This document shows positions 16,747-26,607 of a DNA stretch of 64,000 nucleotides, piece by piece. Every line of letters starts with the position of its first letter. Position 1 is the first letter of the stretch. The translations under genes and the position numbers were made by a program. The notes beneath the pieces were generated by a model, which searched no databases, had not been told where the DNA came from, and was given only the letters and a program-made list of their open reading frames with translations. The DNA is taken from assembly GCA_020631905.1 (NCBI GenBank), contig JACKGQ010000001.1, positions 229,854 to 293,853 on the forward strand, given 5' to 3'. Source of the stretch: Candidatus Nomurabacteria bacterium (lineage in GTDB: Bacteria; Patescibacteriota; Saccharimonadia; Saccharimonadales; VXPC01).

Positions 16747-18246
16747 ATGTTTGGAAGCAAAAAAGTAGAGGCTGGCAAGAAAGCCCTCGTTCTATTTCCG
16801 GATCAGTTATTCAAAATTGATGATTTGCCAAGCGTCGACAGAATATATTTTATTGAAGATCCGCTTTACTTCGGCAACGACAAGACATATCCCTACAAAA
16901 TACATGGCTCAAAGATAATCTTTTTACGGGCCAGCATGCAAGCCTATCTGGGCGAAGAATTGTGGCCAGCAAAATTAGAAATTGACTACATGGAGAACCA
17001 CCCAGATTTATGGTCTGGTGCAGCAGTTGCCAGAGCAGCACTCGATGGCTACGAAACAATTTATGTGTTCAAGCCCAATGATCACCGGCTCAAAGAGAGG
17101 TTGATTAAGGCCGAACAGGAGCTTACTGATGAGTATTCGGTTGTCTGGCTAGATCTACCTAATTTTTATCTACAGACGCAAGAAATACGCGAGTTTTTCG
17201 ATGCTAAAAAGACTGACTTTAAGAACTTTTACCAGTGGCAACGAGAGCGTTTTAACATACTTATCGGCAAAGACTATAAGCCTGTTGGTGGCGACTGGAT
17301 GCTACCCGAACCAAAACCCGTAAAGCAGGCTAGCGTAGGTATGCGTTCATTCGGTAACAATAAATATGTTGCCGAGGCCTATCATTATGTCGAGAATCGC
17401 TTTAGTCATTATCATAATCTTCCAGAAGATTTTATCTGGCCGGTTACTCGCGAAGAAGCTGGCCAATGGCACGAGGACTTTTTGTCTACACGACTAGCTG
17501 GCTATGCGGCCGGGTCTCATCAGTTAGATCTGGAGTCTTCTTGGAGTGGACGTTCGTTGATTGGTACACTTCTTGAGTCTGGCTTGGTTTACCCTCAAGA
17601 GGCGCTGAAATTAGCTACACAAAATCATAGCAAAAAGCCTGGAGAGTTGGTCGATCTAGAGCTCTATGTGCGAAATATATTGGGCTGGCGAGAGTACATG
17701 CGTGGTTATTACCTGGAGCGCTGTGTTGACTTGCCGGGTAAAAATGAACTCCAGGCGTCAAGGGTAATGACATCGGCCTGGATCGACGCTCAAACCGGAC
17801 TCGAGCCAGTCGACGCAATTATCAGAAAAGCTCGACGTACTGGCTACATATCTTCACAAGAACGAGTAGTAATGGCTAGTTTGATGCAAATTATCGGATT
17901 TCACCCCCAGAACGTTATTGCTTGGTTCCGGGAAATGTCGATCGATTCTAGTGAATGGCAATTGGTTACTAATGTTTTAGCGGTGACCCAGTTTGCTGGG
18001 GGCAAGAACCTATTAACAGCCCAGCCAGTATTGTTGTCTAGTAGTCAGTTAGTTGATATGGGCGCTCATGCCGATCAGACATGGCAAGAAATATGGGATG
18101 GGCTGTACAGCCGTTTTATCGACATGCACCGGACACGCCTAGATAAGAATGTCGTCAAACTTCATGACGCACTGGGCGAAGATATTAAGCGAGTGCTTGG
18201 CTACAGGGCGGGCGACTTCTTGGCCGAATATACAGTCCGCGGCTAG
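16747..18246 (+). CDS. photolyase/cryptochrome-related protein (PhrB/CryB-like, COG3046-type)
   Basis: FYQWQRERF...KPVGGDWM and ILGWREYMRGYY resemble PhrB-type proteins. The C-terminal half has only one Cys. Confidence 0.6.
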   Translation: MFGSKKVEAGKKALVLFPDQLFKIDDLPSVDRIYFIEDPLYFGNDKTYPYKIHGSKIIFLRASMQAYLGEELWPAKLEIDYMENHPDLWSGAAVARAALDGYETIYVFKPNDHRLKERLIKAEQELTDEYSVVWLDLPNFYLQTQEIREFFDAKKTDFKNFYQWQRERFNILIGKDYKPVGGDWMLPEPKPVKQASVGMRSFGNNKYVAEAYHYVENRFSHYHNLPEDFIWPVTREEAGQWHEDFLSTRLAGYAAGSHQLDLESSWSGRSLIGTLLESGLVYPQEALKLATQNHSKKPGELVDLELYVRNILGWREYMRGYYLERCVDLPGKNELQASRVMTSAWIDAQTGLEPVDAIIRKARRTGYISSQERVVMASLMQIIGFHPQNVIAWFREMSIDSSEWQLVTNVLAVTQFAGGKNLLTAQPVLLSSSQLVDMGAHADQTWQEIWDGLYSRFIDMHRTRLDKNVVKLHDALGEDIKRVLGYRAGDFLAEYTVRG

Positions 18247-18279
18247 TGTATACTGGCAGAATAAACAGAGGAGCGAGTT

Positions 18280-18705
18280 ATGGACTATCTTAGTGAGTTG
18301 GGCAATGTGAACATCATCGCGGTGTTATGTGCGACGTTTGTTTCTCTAGTGCTCGGTTTTATTTGGTATAACATGAATGTATTTGGAGCTAGATGGGCCA
18401 AATTGGCTGGCATTAAGAAAAAGGATTTAGACAAACCCAAGGGCATTGGCCTAAATATGTTGATTATGTCGATCGGGGCTTTTGTCGCGGCCAGCGTAAT
18501 TGCGGTGATTATGCAAGCAACAGATATGGATACAGGCTTAGATGGGTTTACGCTAGGCTTTTTGTTTGGTTTGGCTTTTCGACTCTCGTCCCATTTCATG
18601 CACAATGCCTTCGTTGGCAGAAACCATGAGCTATCGGTTATCGACGGCATGCATGATACTTTACAGCTCGCCCTGATGGGTCTAGTTATTGGTTTGTGGC
18701 TCTAA
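18280..18705 (+). CDS. small membrane protein (DUF1761-like)
   Basis: 141 aa with 4 hydrophobic helices. The N-terminal pattern LVLGFIWYNMNVFGARWAKLAG is typical of DUF1761 (from memory). Confidence 0.6.
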   Translation: MDYLSELGNVNIIAVLCATFVSLVLGFIWYNMNVFGARWAKLAGIKKKDLDKPKGIGLNMLIMSIGAFVAASVIAVIMQATDMDTGLDGFTLGFLFGLAFRLSSHFMHNAFVGRNHELSVIDGMHDTLQLALMGLVIGLWL

Positions 18706-18706
18706 G

Positions 18707-19036
18707 TTATTGCTTTGGCTTATCGAGTTTGTCTAAGCCAAGTTTTTTGACCATCAAGTAGATAACCAGAGCGGTTGCGACAAGGGTGATTATCGAATCG
18801 AGAATCGCTCCCCAGCCGATTGTTAGCTCGCGACCGCTTTTGAGTGATACGACTGTCCAGCTTAACCCAGACAAGCTTTCATTACCTAGAATGAAACCAA
18901 CGATTGGGCTTATAAGGTTGTTTACAATCGACGAAACAGCCCCGCTGGCTGCTACACCAATTGCTAAACCAACTGCTAAACCTACAACTCCCTGAACTCT
19001 TACGAAGTCGACGAATTCTTTGACTGTTTTATTCAT
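18707..19036 (-). CDS. mscL: large-conductance mechanosensitive channel MscL
   Basis: 109 aa. KEFVDFVRVQGVVGLAVGLAIGVA matches the MscL TM1 signature. Second TM helix and basic C-terminus present. Confidence 0.85.
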   Translation of the reverse strand: MNKTVKEFVDFVRVQGVVGLAVGLAIGVAASGAVSSIVNNLISPIVGFILGNESLSGLSWTVVSLKSGRELTIGWGAILDSIITLVATALVIYLMVKKLGLDKLDKPKQ

Positions 19037-19113
19037 AATACTTCCTCCTTTTTTTGCTTACTCATAGATTAGCATATATCGGCAACTCGGCATGCTCGAT
19101 GTATAATCATGCT

Positions 19114-19407
19114 ATGAAATCTGAGCCAAAATTATGGTTTAAAGCGAAACGCTACGGCTGGGGATGGCGACCTGTCAGCAAGGAGGGTTGGTTGGTTACA
19201 GTTATCTTCGCTGGCTACCTTGGAGTTATTGGTGTCGGGTATGGTAGAGTTGCCGAGAAACTAGAGCTAATCGATACAGGCAGTGGTTCGCTAATTTGGC
19301 TGACAGCCTTATATTTTACGAGTATCGCTGGTTCGGTGGCTGGTTTAATATGCCTAATAAGATCGAAGAGCGAAAAACCAGGCTGGCGCTGGGGAAATAA
19401 AAAGTGA
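19114..19407 (+). CDS. small membrane protein, hypothetical
   Basis: ATG lies 6 nt after TGTATAAT (19100-19107), so the mRNA may be leaderless. Two TM helices. The track ORF starts at TTG 19054. Confidence 0.5.
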   Translation: MKSEPKLWFKAKRYGWGWRPVSKEGWLVTVIFAGYLGVIGVGYGRVAEKLELIDTGSGSLIWLTALYFTSIAGSVAGLICLIRSKSEKPGWRWGNKK

Positions 19408-19796
19408 ACAACAATCTAAGTCCTCGCCAAAAGTATATACTCGAAGATGCTGGAACAGAGTTACCTGGCAGTGGGCAATTGCTTCACGTCGATAAAACTG
19501 GGGTATACCACTGTGCAAAATGCGATACGCCACTTTTTTTGAGTAGCTCGAAATATGACTCAAGCACACCCGGATTAATTGGTTGGCCTAGTTTTGATCA
19601 AGCCATTCAAGATTCGGTTGAGTTCCGCGAAGATAAATCTCTTGGACAGTTGCGGACAGAGGTTATCTGCAAGCAGTGCGGCGGCCATTTGGGCCATGTC
19701 TTTGCTGCGAATGATTCGAGCACAGGTCAACACTTCTGTATTAATTCGGCAGGTTTATGTTTTGAAGGCCAAGATGGCGAGAGAATCGATGGCTGA
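19404..19796 (+). CDS. msrB: peptide-methionine (R)-S-oxide reductase MsrB
   Basis: Two CxxC pairs (HCAKCDTPLF, ICKQCGGHLGHVF) and the GWPSF motif. Confidence 0.93.
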   Translation: MNNNLSPRQKYILEDAGTELPGSGQLLHVDKTGVYHCAKCDTPLFLSSSKYDSSTPGLIGWPSFDQAIQDSVEFREDKSLGQLRTEVICKQCGGHLGHVFAANDSSTGQHFCINSAGLCFEGQDGERIDG

Positions 19797-21129
19797 TAAG
19801 CAAAAAGATATTAAGCAGACGGGTAGATTGATAGATGTAGATCACATAAGTCTTGAGGAAATGATTGATGTACGTCAACCAACCGCACCCGTCCAGACTT
19901 TGGCAGCTCCATTGGTGTCAAAACCTAGACATCATTTTCTTAGGGCAACGATATTGGCAGTAATTTCTGTCGGACTGGCATTAAGCTATACGCTATATAA
20001 CCAGCATCTGGCTGTCTCGCCTGGTGTTGATCAAACCGTAACTCAACCTCAGCCATTAGATGAAATCGTAAAAGTTGAAGGTCGATATTTGTTTTCTGGA
20101 ACCTTGGTCTGGGACCGCAATGTGGAAGAGTGGAGCAAGGACGCCAACGGCAATATCGACCCAGCCCAGCCGTTCTCGTTGCTCGACAGTTATAATCCAG
20201 ATCAATATGGCGCCTGGATAGCCGACTTAGAATGTCCAACTATCGAAGCCGATATTCCTTTTGAGGCAGGTATGCAGCTACTCCAATTTAATTGTCGCCA
20301 AGAGTATTTGCCCTATGCCGCCAAGTATTTCGATTATTTTGATTTTGCCAATAATCACTCCGACAATTTAGGCCGCGATAAACTAATTGAGACCAAAGCT
20401 GCTCTCGAAGAAAATGGTATTGGTTATTTTGGCGACCCCGACCCAAGCCTAACCGACGAGACATGCAAGGTGGTTGCGTTGCCGGTTACAGTAACCATGA
20501 GTAATGGGATCACTAGCCACGAAGAAGATGGCCGGATGCCGATTGCCTTATGCGCCTGGCATTATTTCTATCGACTGCCAAGAGCTGGCGAGATAGAACA
20601 GATGCAAAAATATGCAGAAATTATGCCGGTGTTTGCTTTTTTGCACATGGGCACTGAGTACCAGACGCACTCCAACGCCTACCAGCAAAATGTAGCCCAC
20701 AAAATTATCGATGCTGGCGCCGATTTTGTGATTGCGAACAACCCACATTGGGTTCAGGAGTCAGAAAGTTATAAAGGCAAGTTAATAGTCTATTCAACTG
20801 GTAACTTTATTTTTGATCAAGCTTGGAGCCAAGAGGTCTCCAGTAGTGTTAGTATCGATGCTTTAACCGAATTTACGCTTGCTCCAGATGTTGAAAACTG
20901 GCTAGAGGTTGGCAAAAATTGCCCCGATAAGGCTGACTGTTATCAGCAAGTTCTGGAAGCTGGATTAAGTAAAATGTCCGCCTCTTATAGCTATACTCCG
21001 ATTGCTGGTTATATAAGCAAGACCACACCACAAGCTAGAGCCGACGCTGCTGGTCAAGCTTTTATCGAGAAGCGTCTCAACTGGGCCGAAGTGAGTAGTT
21101 TGCTTGAAAACAATCCACTAGAGCCCTAA
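19774..21129 (+). CDS. CapA/PgsA-family metallophosphatase-like protein, membrane anchored
   Basis: Contains ANNHSDNLG, FLHMGTEYQ and ANNPHWVQ motifs of the PGA_cap (CapA) family. The start could be ATG 19774 or 19789. Confidence 0.7.
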   Translation: MARESMADKQKDIKQTGRLIDVDHISLEEMIDVRQPTAPVQTLAAPLVSKPRHHFLRATILAVISVGLALSYTLYNQHLAVSPGVDQTVTQPQPLDEIVKVEGRYLFSGTLVWDRNVEEWSKDANGNIDPAQPFSLLDSYNPDQYGAWIADLECPTIEADIPFEAGMQLLQFNCRQEYLPYAAKYFDYFDFANNHSDNLGRDKLIETKAALEENGIGYFGDPDPSLTDETCKVVALPVTVTMSNGITSHEEDGRMPIALCAWHYFYRLPRAGEIEQMQKYAEIMPVFAFLHMGTEYQTHSNAYQQNVAHKIIDAGADFVIANNPHWVQESESYKGKLIVYSTGNFIFDQAWSQEVSSSVSIDALTEFTLAPDVENWLEVGKNCPDKADCYQQVLEAGLSKMSASYSYTPIAGYISKTTPQARADAAGQAFIEKRLNWAEVSSLLENNPLEP

Positions 21130-21140
21130 ACTAGAGTCTC

Positions 21141-21671
21141 ATGGAATTAAAAAAATTACTCTGGATTGATCTTGAGATGACTGGTCTGAGGCCGCAGACC
21201 GATATTATTCTTGAAGTTGCCTGCAAGGTTACCGACCTGGACTACAAGACCTTAGATGAGTACCAAGCAGTCGTTAAGCCAGACATAGATATCCAAGATT
21301 TACTCAACGATTTCAGTCGCCAGGCTCACACCGACAGCGGGCTGCTAGATAAGCTTTCGAGTGGCCAGACCTCGGACGCAGTTGAGGCTGCACTAATTGA
21401 TTTTGTTGAGCGGCATTTTGGCCAAGAAAAGGTGGTTATCGCTGGCAATAGTATCTATATGGATAGGCAATTTATTAACTATTGGTGGCCACAGCTAGCA
21501 GCAAGACTGCACTACCGGATGCTTGATGTAAGTGCCTTTAAGATTTTAGCCCAGGCCAAGTATGGACTTTTTTATACCAAAAAAGAAGCTCATCGAGCTC
21601 TCGACGACATTCAAGAATCGATCGATGAACTAGTTTTTTACGAGCAGCATATGGATTTAAAACATGAGTAG
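21141..21671 (+). CDS. orn: oligoribonuclease
   Basis: DEDDh exonuclease pattern: WIDLEMTGL, NSIYMDRQF, HRALDDI. Confidence 0.9.
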   Translation: MELKKLLWIDLEMTGLRPQTDIILEVACKVTDLDYKTLDEYQAVVKPDIDIQDLLNDFSRQAHTDSGLLDKLSSGQTSDAVEAALIDFVERHFGQEKVVIAGNSIYMDRQFINYWWPQLAARLHYRMLDVSAFKILAQAKYGLFYTKKEAHRALDDIQESIDELVFYEQHMDLKHE

Positions 21672-21993
21672 GAAAGAATTACACGACTTTTTACTCAGTT
21701 TCCCAAATACACGCCTCGACTATCCTTTTGGTGAGAGCGTGGCCGTCTACAAACTAAAGCATGGCGAAGAAGAAAAGATGTTTGCCCTGATGAGCGAAGG
21801 CAAAGAACCAATAAATTTGAGTCTAAAATGTGATCCAAATCTAGCCACACATCTGCGCGAAAAATACGAAAGTGTAATGCCCGGGTATCATTTAAACAAA
21901 AAACATTGGAATACGATCATACTGAGCGGGCAGTTGAGTCGGCAAGAGATCGAAGACTTAATCGCGCACAGCTATCAATTGGTTTCCGCCTAG
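21664..21993 (+). CDS. MmcQ/YjbR family DNA-binding protein
   Basis: 109 aa. YPFGESVAVYKL...MFALM...LSLKCDP...HLNKKHWNTI is typical of the YjbR family. Confidence 0.75.
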   Translation: MSRKELHDFLLSFPNTRLDYPFGESVAVYKLKHGEEEKMFALMSEGKEPINLSLKCDPNLATHLREKYESVMPGYHLNKKHWNTIILSGQLSRQEIEDLIAHSYQLVSA

Positions 21994-22589
21994 TTAGTGG
22001 CAGCTACATCGTAGCCTAGAAGAATTGATATGTTCGCGTAGGCTTGATTAATTGTCTCGCGCTGCGAAGTTGAATCAGTACCGGCGTATGCTTCCGCTAA
22101 TTGGCTGCGGTATTCAAGCAATTTGTTTGTGTACAGTTCATAGAACGAGGTGTCGTAGGTGTTGGCACTCGTAGCCGCATTGAGCTCGTCGCGTATGGTT
22201 TGATCGACAGCATTTTGAAGTTCTAGTTTTGTTACCTCACGACCGAGTTTTTCGAGTAAGCTGTTAATTGCAAAATGATCACTATTTAGCAGAACAACAG
22301 AACCTGCCAGAAGTTCCTGAGATTCTGAACTACGAATTTTGCTTTTTGCACCACTAGCTATATCTAGTAAGTCGGCTTGCTCGCTGTAGATCTCTGCCAG
22401 TCGATCTGCAGGGCCAGTATCTGGCTTGAGCACTATCCCGAATACTACCCAGGCTATAACTATCAGTAAGCAAATCCCACCAACCACCACCATCAACCGT
22501 TTGAGCATGCTTGGCTGGCCATTGGGGCTAAAACTACGTTTTGGTGACGTCTGAGTTTGGGGATTCAAAAAAAAGTCGTATTCACTCAT
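21990..22589 (-). CDS. membrane-anchored hypothetical protein
   Basis: 199 aa with a single N-terminal TM helix followed by a helical domain. Confidence 0.55.
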   Translation of the reverse strand: MSEYDFFLNPQTQTSPKRSFSPNGQPSMLKRLMVVVGGICLLIVIAWVVFGIVLKPDTGPADRLAEIYSEQADLLDIASGAKSKIRSSESQELLAGSVVLLNSDHFAINSLLEKLGREVTKLELQNAVDQTIRDELNAATSANTYDTSFYELYTNKLLEYRSQLAEAYAGTDSTSQRETINQAYANISILLGYDVAATN

Positions 22590-22751
22590 GCCATAAGCTT
22601 AACCGATAATCTCTGAATTTTAAATCCTCTAACAGCCGGGATTTAATTTGGGTTTCTGGGTGCGCTATAAAGTACAGTACCATCATAAACTGCCACTCGC
22701 GACAAGCTTCTGATTTGTTATCTGTTGGTAACAGAAGTAAAATAACCGCAT

Positions 22752-24515
22752 ATGAGTGAAGGCAAGGATCTGGTGTTCGATGTTAAGCAACGGCTCGGTA
22801 TCGAGGATGTAGTTGGCGACTACCTTGAGCTTAAGCGAGCTGGCCGTAATCTTAAAGCCTTAAGTCCGTTCAACCCAGAGAAAACAGCTAGCTTTATGGT
22901 CAGTCCAGAAAAACAGATCTGGCACGACTTTAGTTCGGGCAAGGGTGGTGACATGCTAAGTTTTATTATGGAGGTCGAAGGGCTAGATTTTAAAGAAGCG
23001 CTCGATTTATTAGCGCGCAAGGCCGGCTTAGATCCAACGGCGTATCGAAGCTCGGGCGACCAGGCTGCTGGCAAACTCAAAAAACGGGTAAGCGAGGCGT
23101 TAGAACAGGCAACTAAGTTTTATCAGACACAACTTCTGCATAACCCGGCGGCACTAAACTATGTAACCCAGCGTCGAGGTTTCACAAAGCAGTCTCTAAT
23201 CGACTTTAGAATTGGTTATGCGCCGGATAAGCTCAATGCTTTAAGTAGCTACCTCAGAGATAAGGGTTTTAAAGACACCGAGATAACTGGTGCCGGGTTG
23301 GCTGTGTTGCGATCTCGTGGTCCAATAGACATGTTTCGTGGGCGAATGATGGTGCCGTTGATGGACACTCAGGGTATGGTAATTGGCTTTACGGCAAGAT
23401 TGGTCAAAGATGGCCAGGACGGGCCAAAATACATCAATACACCTCAGACCTTAGTTTACGATAAATCACGACACGTGTTTGGCTTTTCGCAGGCAAAAGA
23501 CGCAATCCGAAGAGCTGGCTACGCGGTTGTTACAGAAGGTAACTTAGACGTTGTTTCGAGCCACCAAGCTAGCGTAAAGCAGGTAGTGGCAACTGCCGGT
23601 ACTGCCATGACAATCTACCACCTTAAAACAGTGGGCCGATTGACCAGTGATATTAGGTTAGCTTTCGATGCCGATCGAGCGGGTATCGCAGCAACGGAAA
23701 GAGCTATCGAGTTAGCCCAAGATCAGGACTTGCAACTTTCGGTAGTCAACATTCCATCGGGCAAAGATCCTGACGACATAGTTCGAGAAGATTCAGCCTT
23801 ATGGCAAGAAATTATTACCAAGCCTGTTTACGCAGTCGATTGGTTAATCGATCGTTATAAGAATATACTCGATATCGAAACAGCCCCAGGGAAGCGTGAG
23901 TTTACAGATGTAATTTTAAGACTCATAAAAAAACTCCAAGATCCGGTCGAAAAAGATCATTATTTAAGGGTCTTGGCCGAAATGGTAGATATCTCGCTTG
24001 ATTCGATAAAGCTAAAGCTCGATCAGATTAAGTTAGACAGTCAACCGACTAAGCGCCGGGTTGTCGAAAATTTGTCGAGCACAAATATTAAACCCGACGC
24101 CAGTGTAATCGAAGATAACTTCTTGGGTTTGCTAATTCTATACCCAACTACTCGGAGGGTGGCCGAAACTACTGCTGGACAGTTGTTGTTCTCGCGACCC
24201 GGCCGACAGCAGATATACGACTACATCTTGGCCAACCCACACGCGAGCATCGACGACATGTCGCCGCCAGAAGAGTTGCAAGAAGTTAGCGAGCATGTTA
24301 AACTTGCCGCGTTTACGGCAGAGCACAATTATCAAGATTTCGATTCGAACGAACGCCTGCGCGAAGCGAGTGATCTCGCACAAAAACTTATCAAAAATAG
24401 CAAACAACACACCAAAAATGAACTTATCAATCAACTTCGTCACGCCGAGACACAAGGCGACGACGACATGGTTAGTCAAATTGTTCAGGCTATCGACCGC
24501 CTCAACAAACAGTAA
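22752..24515 (+). CDS. dnaG: DNA primase DnaG
   Basis: 587 aa with primase core and TOPRIM (VTEGNLDV, DADRAG). The zinc-binding-domain region aligns but lacks the CHC2 ligands. Confidence 0.95.
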   Translation: MSEGKDLVFDVKQRLGIEDVVGDYLELKRAGRNLKALSPFNPEKTASFMVSPEKQIWHDFSSGKGGDMLSFIMEVEGLDFKEALDLLARKAGLDPTAYRSSGDQAAGKLKKRVSEALEQATKFYQTQLLHNPAALNYVTQRRGFTKQSLIDFRIGYAPDKLNALSSYLRDKGFKDTEITGAGLAVLRSRGPIDMFRGRMMVPLMDTQGMVIGFTARLVKDGQDGPKYINTPQTLVYDKSRHVFGFSQAKDAIRRAGYAVVTEGNLDVVSSHQASVKQVVATAGTAMTIYHLKTVGRLTSDIRLAFDADRAGIAATERAIELAQDQDLQLSVVNIPSGKDPDDIVREDSALWQEIITKPVYAVDWLIDRYKNILDIETAPGKREFTDVILRLIKKLQDPVEKDHYLRVLAEMVDISLDSIKLKLDQIKLDSQPTKRRVVENLSSTNIKPDASVIEDNFLGLLILYPTTRRVAETTAGQLLFSRPGRQQIYDYILANPHASIDDMSPPEELQEVSEHVKLAAFTAEHNYQDFDSNERLREASDLAQKLIKNSKQHTKNELINQLRHAETQGDDDMVSQIVQAIDRLNKQ

Positions 24516-24557
24516 GTTATTGATCTAAACAAATTATTCAAGAAAGGCTTATGACTA

Positions 24558-25679
24558 ATGGCAGGCAAGAAGAAAGAAAAAGTATTTGGCAAAAAAGAAA
24601 TTGAGACTATCAAGCAAAGTCTAATCGAAAAAGCGGGCGAAGAAGCTAGCTTGGACTACAAACTTATAGTTGCCGAAATACCAGATACACCAAAGAATCT
24701 TAAAGCTATCGACAAAGTAGTCAAAGGTTTAACCGATGCTGGTGTTGAGGTAATTATGCCCGAAGAGCCAAGCGAAGACGACCTAAGTGACGATTGGGAT
24801 GGTGAAGACGAAGAAATTGTTCTCGACGAAAAAACCTACCTCGACGATGTTTCCGACGACTCAGTACGCTTGTATTTGCGCGAAATCGGCAAAATACCTC
24901 TGTTGAGTCCAGAAGAAGAACTCGAACTAGCCTACAAAGTAAAAGAAGGCAATAAGCGCGCCAAAGATAAAATGGCCGAAGCCAACATGCGTTTGGTAGT
25001 GAGCATTGCAAAGCGCTACGTCGGACGTGGTCTAGATCTGCTTGATCTAATCCAAGAAGGCAACACCGGTCTGCTGCGTGCTGTTGAGAAGTTCGAACCA
25101 GACAAGGGTTTTAAGTTTAGCACCTATGCGACCTGGTGGATTCGCCAGGCTATTACCCGCGCAATTGCCGACCAAGCTCGGACGATTCGAATTCCGGTAC
25201 ACATGGTCGAAACGATTAATAAATTGTTGCGCACCCAACGTCGACTAGCCCAAGACCTCAACCGTGAACCAACTTTCGAAGAGATTGCCGAAGAGATGGA
25301 GATTGATGTCGACAAAGTTGAGCACATTATGAAGATCAAGCAAGATATTCATAGCCTCGACCAAACCATCCGCGACGACGAAGACGACAGCTCTTTAAGC
25401 GATTTTATCGAAGACACCGACACCATTACTCCCGAAGAATCAGCCACGAATCAGTTACTCAAAGAACATGTTAAAGAACTGCTTGCCGGCTTGTCTGAAC
25501 GTGAACAAAAAATTATTCGCATGCGCTTTGGCCTAGACGATGGCAAGAACCACACTCTCGAAGAAGTTGGCCAAGAGTTCCAAGTGACCCGCGAACGCAT
25601 ACGCCAGATCGAAGCCAAAGCTCTAACCAAACTGCGCAAGCACAAAGACAGCAAGAAGCTCCTCGACTATATTAAATAG
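24558..25679 (+). CDS. rpoD: RNA polymerase sigma factor RpoD (sigma70)
   Basis: Region 2 [14 protein letters not shown] and region 4.2 [24 protein letters not shown]. Confidence 0.97.
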   Translation: MAGKKKEKVFGKKEIETIKQSLIEKAGEEASLDYKLIVAEIPDTPKNLKAIDKVVKGLTDAGVEVIMPEEPSEDDLSDDWDGEDEEIVLDEKTYLDDVSDDSVRLYLREIGKIPLLSPEEELELAYKVKEGNKRAKDKMAEANMRLVVSIAKRYVGRGLDLLDLIQEGNTGLLRAVEKFEPDKGFKFSTYATWWIRQAITRAIADQARTIRIPVHMVETINKLLRTQRRLAQDLNREPTFEEIAEEMEIDVDKVEHIMKIKQDIHSLDQTIRDDEDDSSLSDFIEDTDTITPEESATNQLLKEHVKELLAGLSEREQKIIRMRFGLDDGKNHTLEEVGQEFQVTRERIRQIEAKALTKLRKHKDSKKLLDYIK

Positions 25680-25684
25680 GCTCA

Positions 25685-25710
25685 AGTTTATATAATTGAT
25701 TATATAAACT
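25685..25710. terminator. AT-rich palindrome between convergent rpoD and msrA (bidirectional terminator candidate)
   Basis: AGTTTATATAAT-TG-ATTATATAAACT. A T-run follows on the + strand. Confidence 0.5.
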
Positions 25711-25716
25711 GCTTTC

Positions 25717-26304
25717 CTATTTTTTGCCGGATTGGATTTGTTGCCAGACTAGCTCTTTGAACTCTTTGCGACCACTGGCGTTTTTGTAGATTTCGTAGCG
25801 GGCGGCGCTCTTCTTGTAGAACTCTTGGTGATACTCCTCAGCCTCGTAAAAGGTCGTAAACGGGAGTATCTCGGTAACGATTGGCTTGTCGAACTTGCCA
25901 GAGTCCTGCAGAGTTTGTTTACTGGTTTCGGCTTGAGACTTCTGCTCGTCGGTTTCGTAGAAAATGGCAGCAGTATACGATGGTCCTTGATCGATAAATT
26001 GACCAAAGGCGTCGGTGGGGTCGATGTTTTGCCAGAAGATATCGAGCAGTTGCTGGTAGGTAATCTTGGCAGGGTCGTAGTAGACCATCACTGATTCACG
26101 GTGGCTTGTACGCCCCGTGTAGGTATCTTCATATGTTGGGTTATATTCGGTGCCACCGCCGTAGCCACTGATAGCATGTTTAACTCCAGGAGTCTCCTGA
26201 AAAACTGCCTCCATACACCAGAAGCAACCCGTCGCAAAAATTGCCCGTTTCAAGCCTGGCTCGATCTGTTCACGAACAATCACTTTAGTTTGATTTAATT
26301 CCAT
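25717..26304 (-). CDS. msrA: peptide-methionine (S)-S-oxide reductase MsrA
   Basis: Contains the GCFWCME active-site motif. 195 aa. Confidence 0.93.
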   Translation of the reverse strand: MELNQTKVIVREQIEPGLKRAIFATGCFWCMEAVFQETPGVKHAISGYGGGTEYNPTYEDTYTGRTSHRESVMVYYDPAKITYQQLLDIFWQNIDPTDAFGQFIDQGPSYTAAIFYETDEQKSQAETSKQTLQDSGKFDKPIVTEILPFTTFYEAEEYHQEFYKKSAARYEIYKNASGRKEFKELVWQQIQSGKK

Positions 26305-26368
26305 GGCTCAACTCCGTAAAGTACCTAAAATTATACAACTTTCTTAATCAAGACTAGCCATAAGCAAG

Positions 26369-26397
26369 TTGACAAATGTCTGTCTGTATGCTAATAT
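26369..26397 (+). promoter_or_regulatory. promoter TTGACA-N17-TAATAT
   Basis: TTGACA at 26369-26374 and TAATAT at 26392-26397. ATG 26407 lies only 9 nt after the -10. Confidence 0.55.
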
Positions 26398-26406
26398 ATA
26401 TGCACT

Positions 26407-26607
26407 ATGACAGAAATAAAAATCACAGTAGTAGAAGAAGAAAATAATCAACCATCTACGGTAACCGTTAGACGTCTAGGCGGAGCCTCACTACCTAAAG
26501 ATTATGGTAGTGGTAACTGGGATCCAGATGCTGGTGGCTACAACGACCCCGGTAGTGATCGCGCCATTGCAGCTAATAATGGTGCTGAAATCGACGGCGG
26601 TTTCTAG
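26407..26607 (+). CDS. small hypothetical protein (66 aa)
   Basis: Supported mainly by the consensus promoter directly upstream. The protein is Gly/Asp-rich. Confidence 0.4.
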   Translation: MTEIKITVVEEENNQPSTVTVRRLGGASLPKDYGSGNWDPDAGGYNDPGSDRAIAANNGAEIDGGF

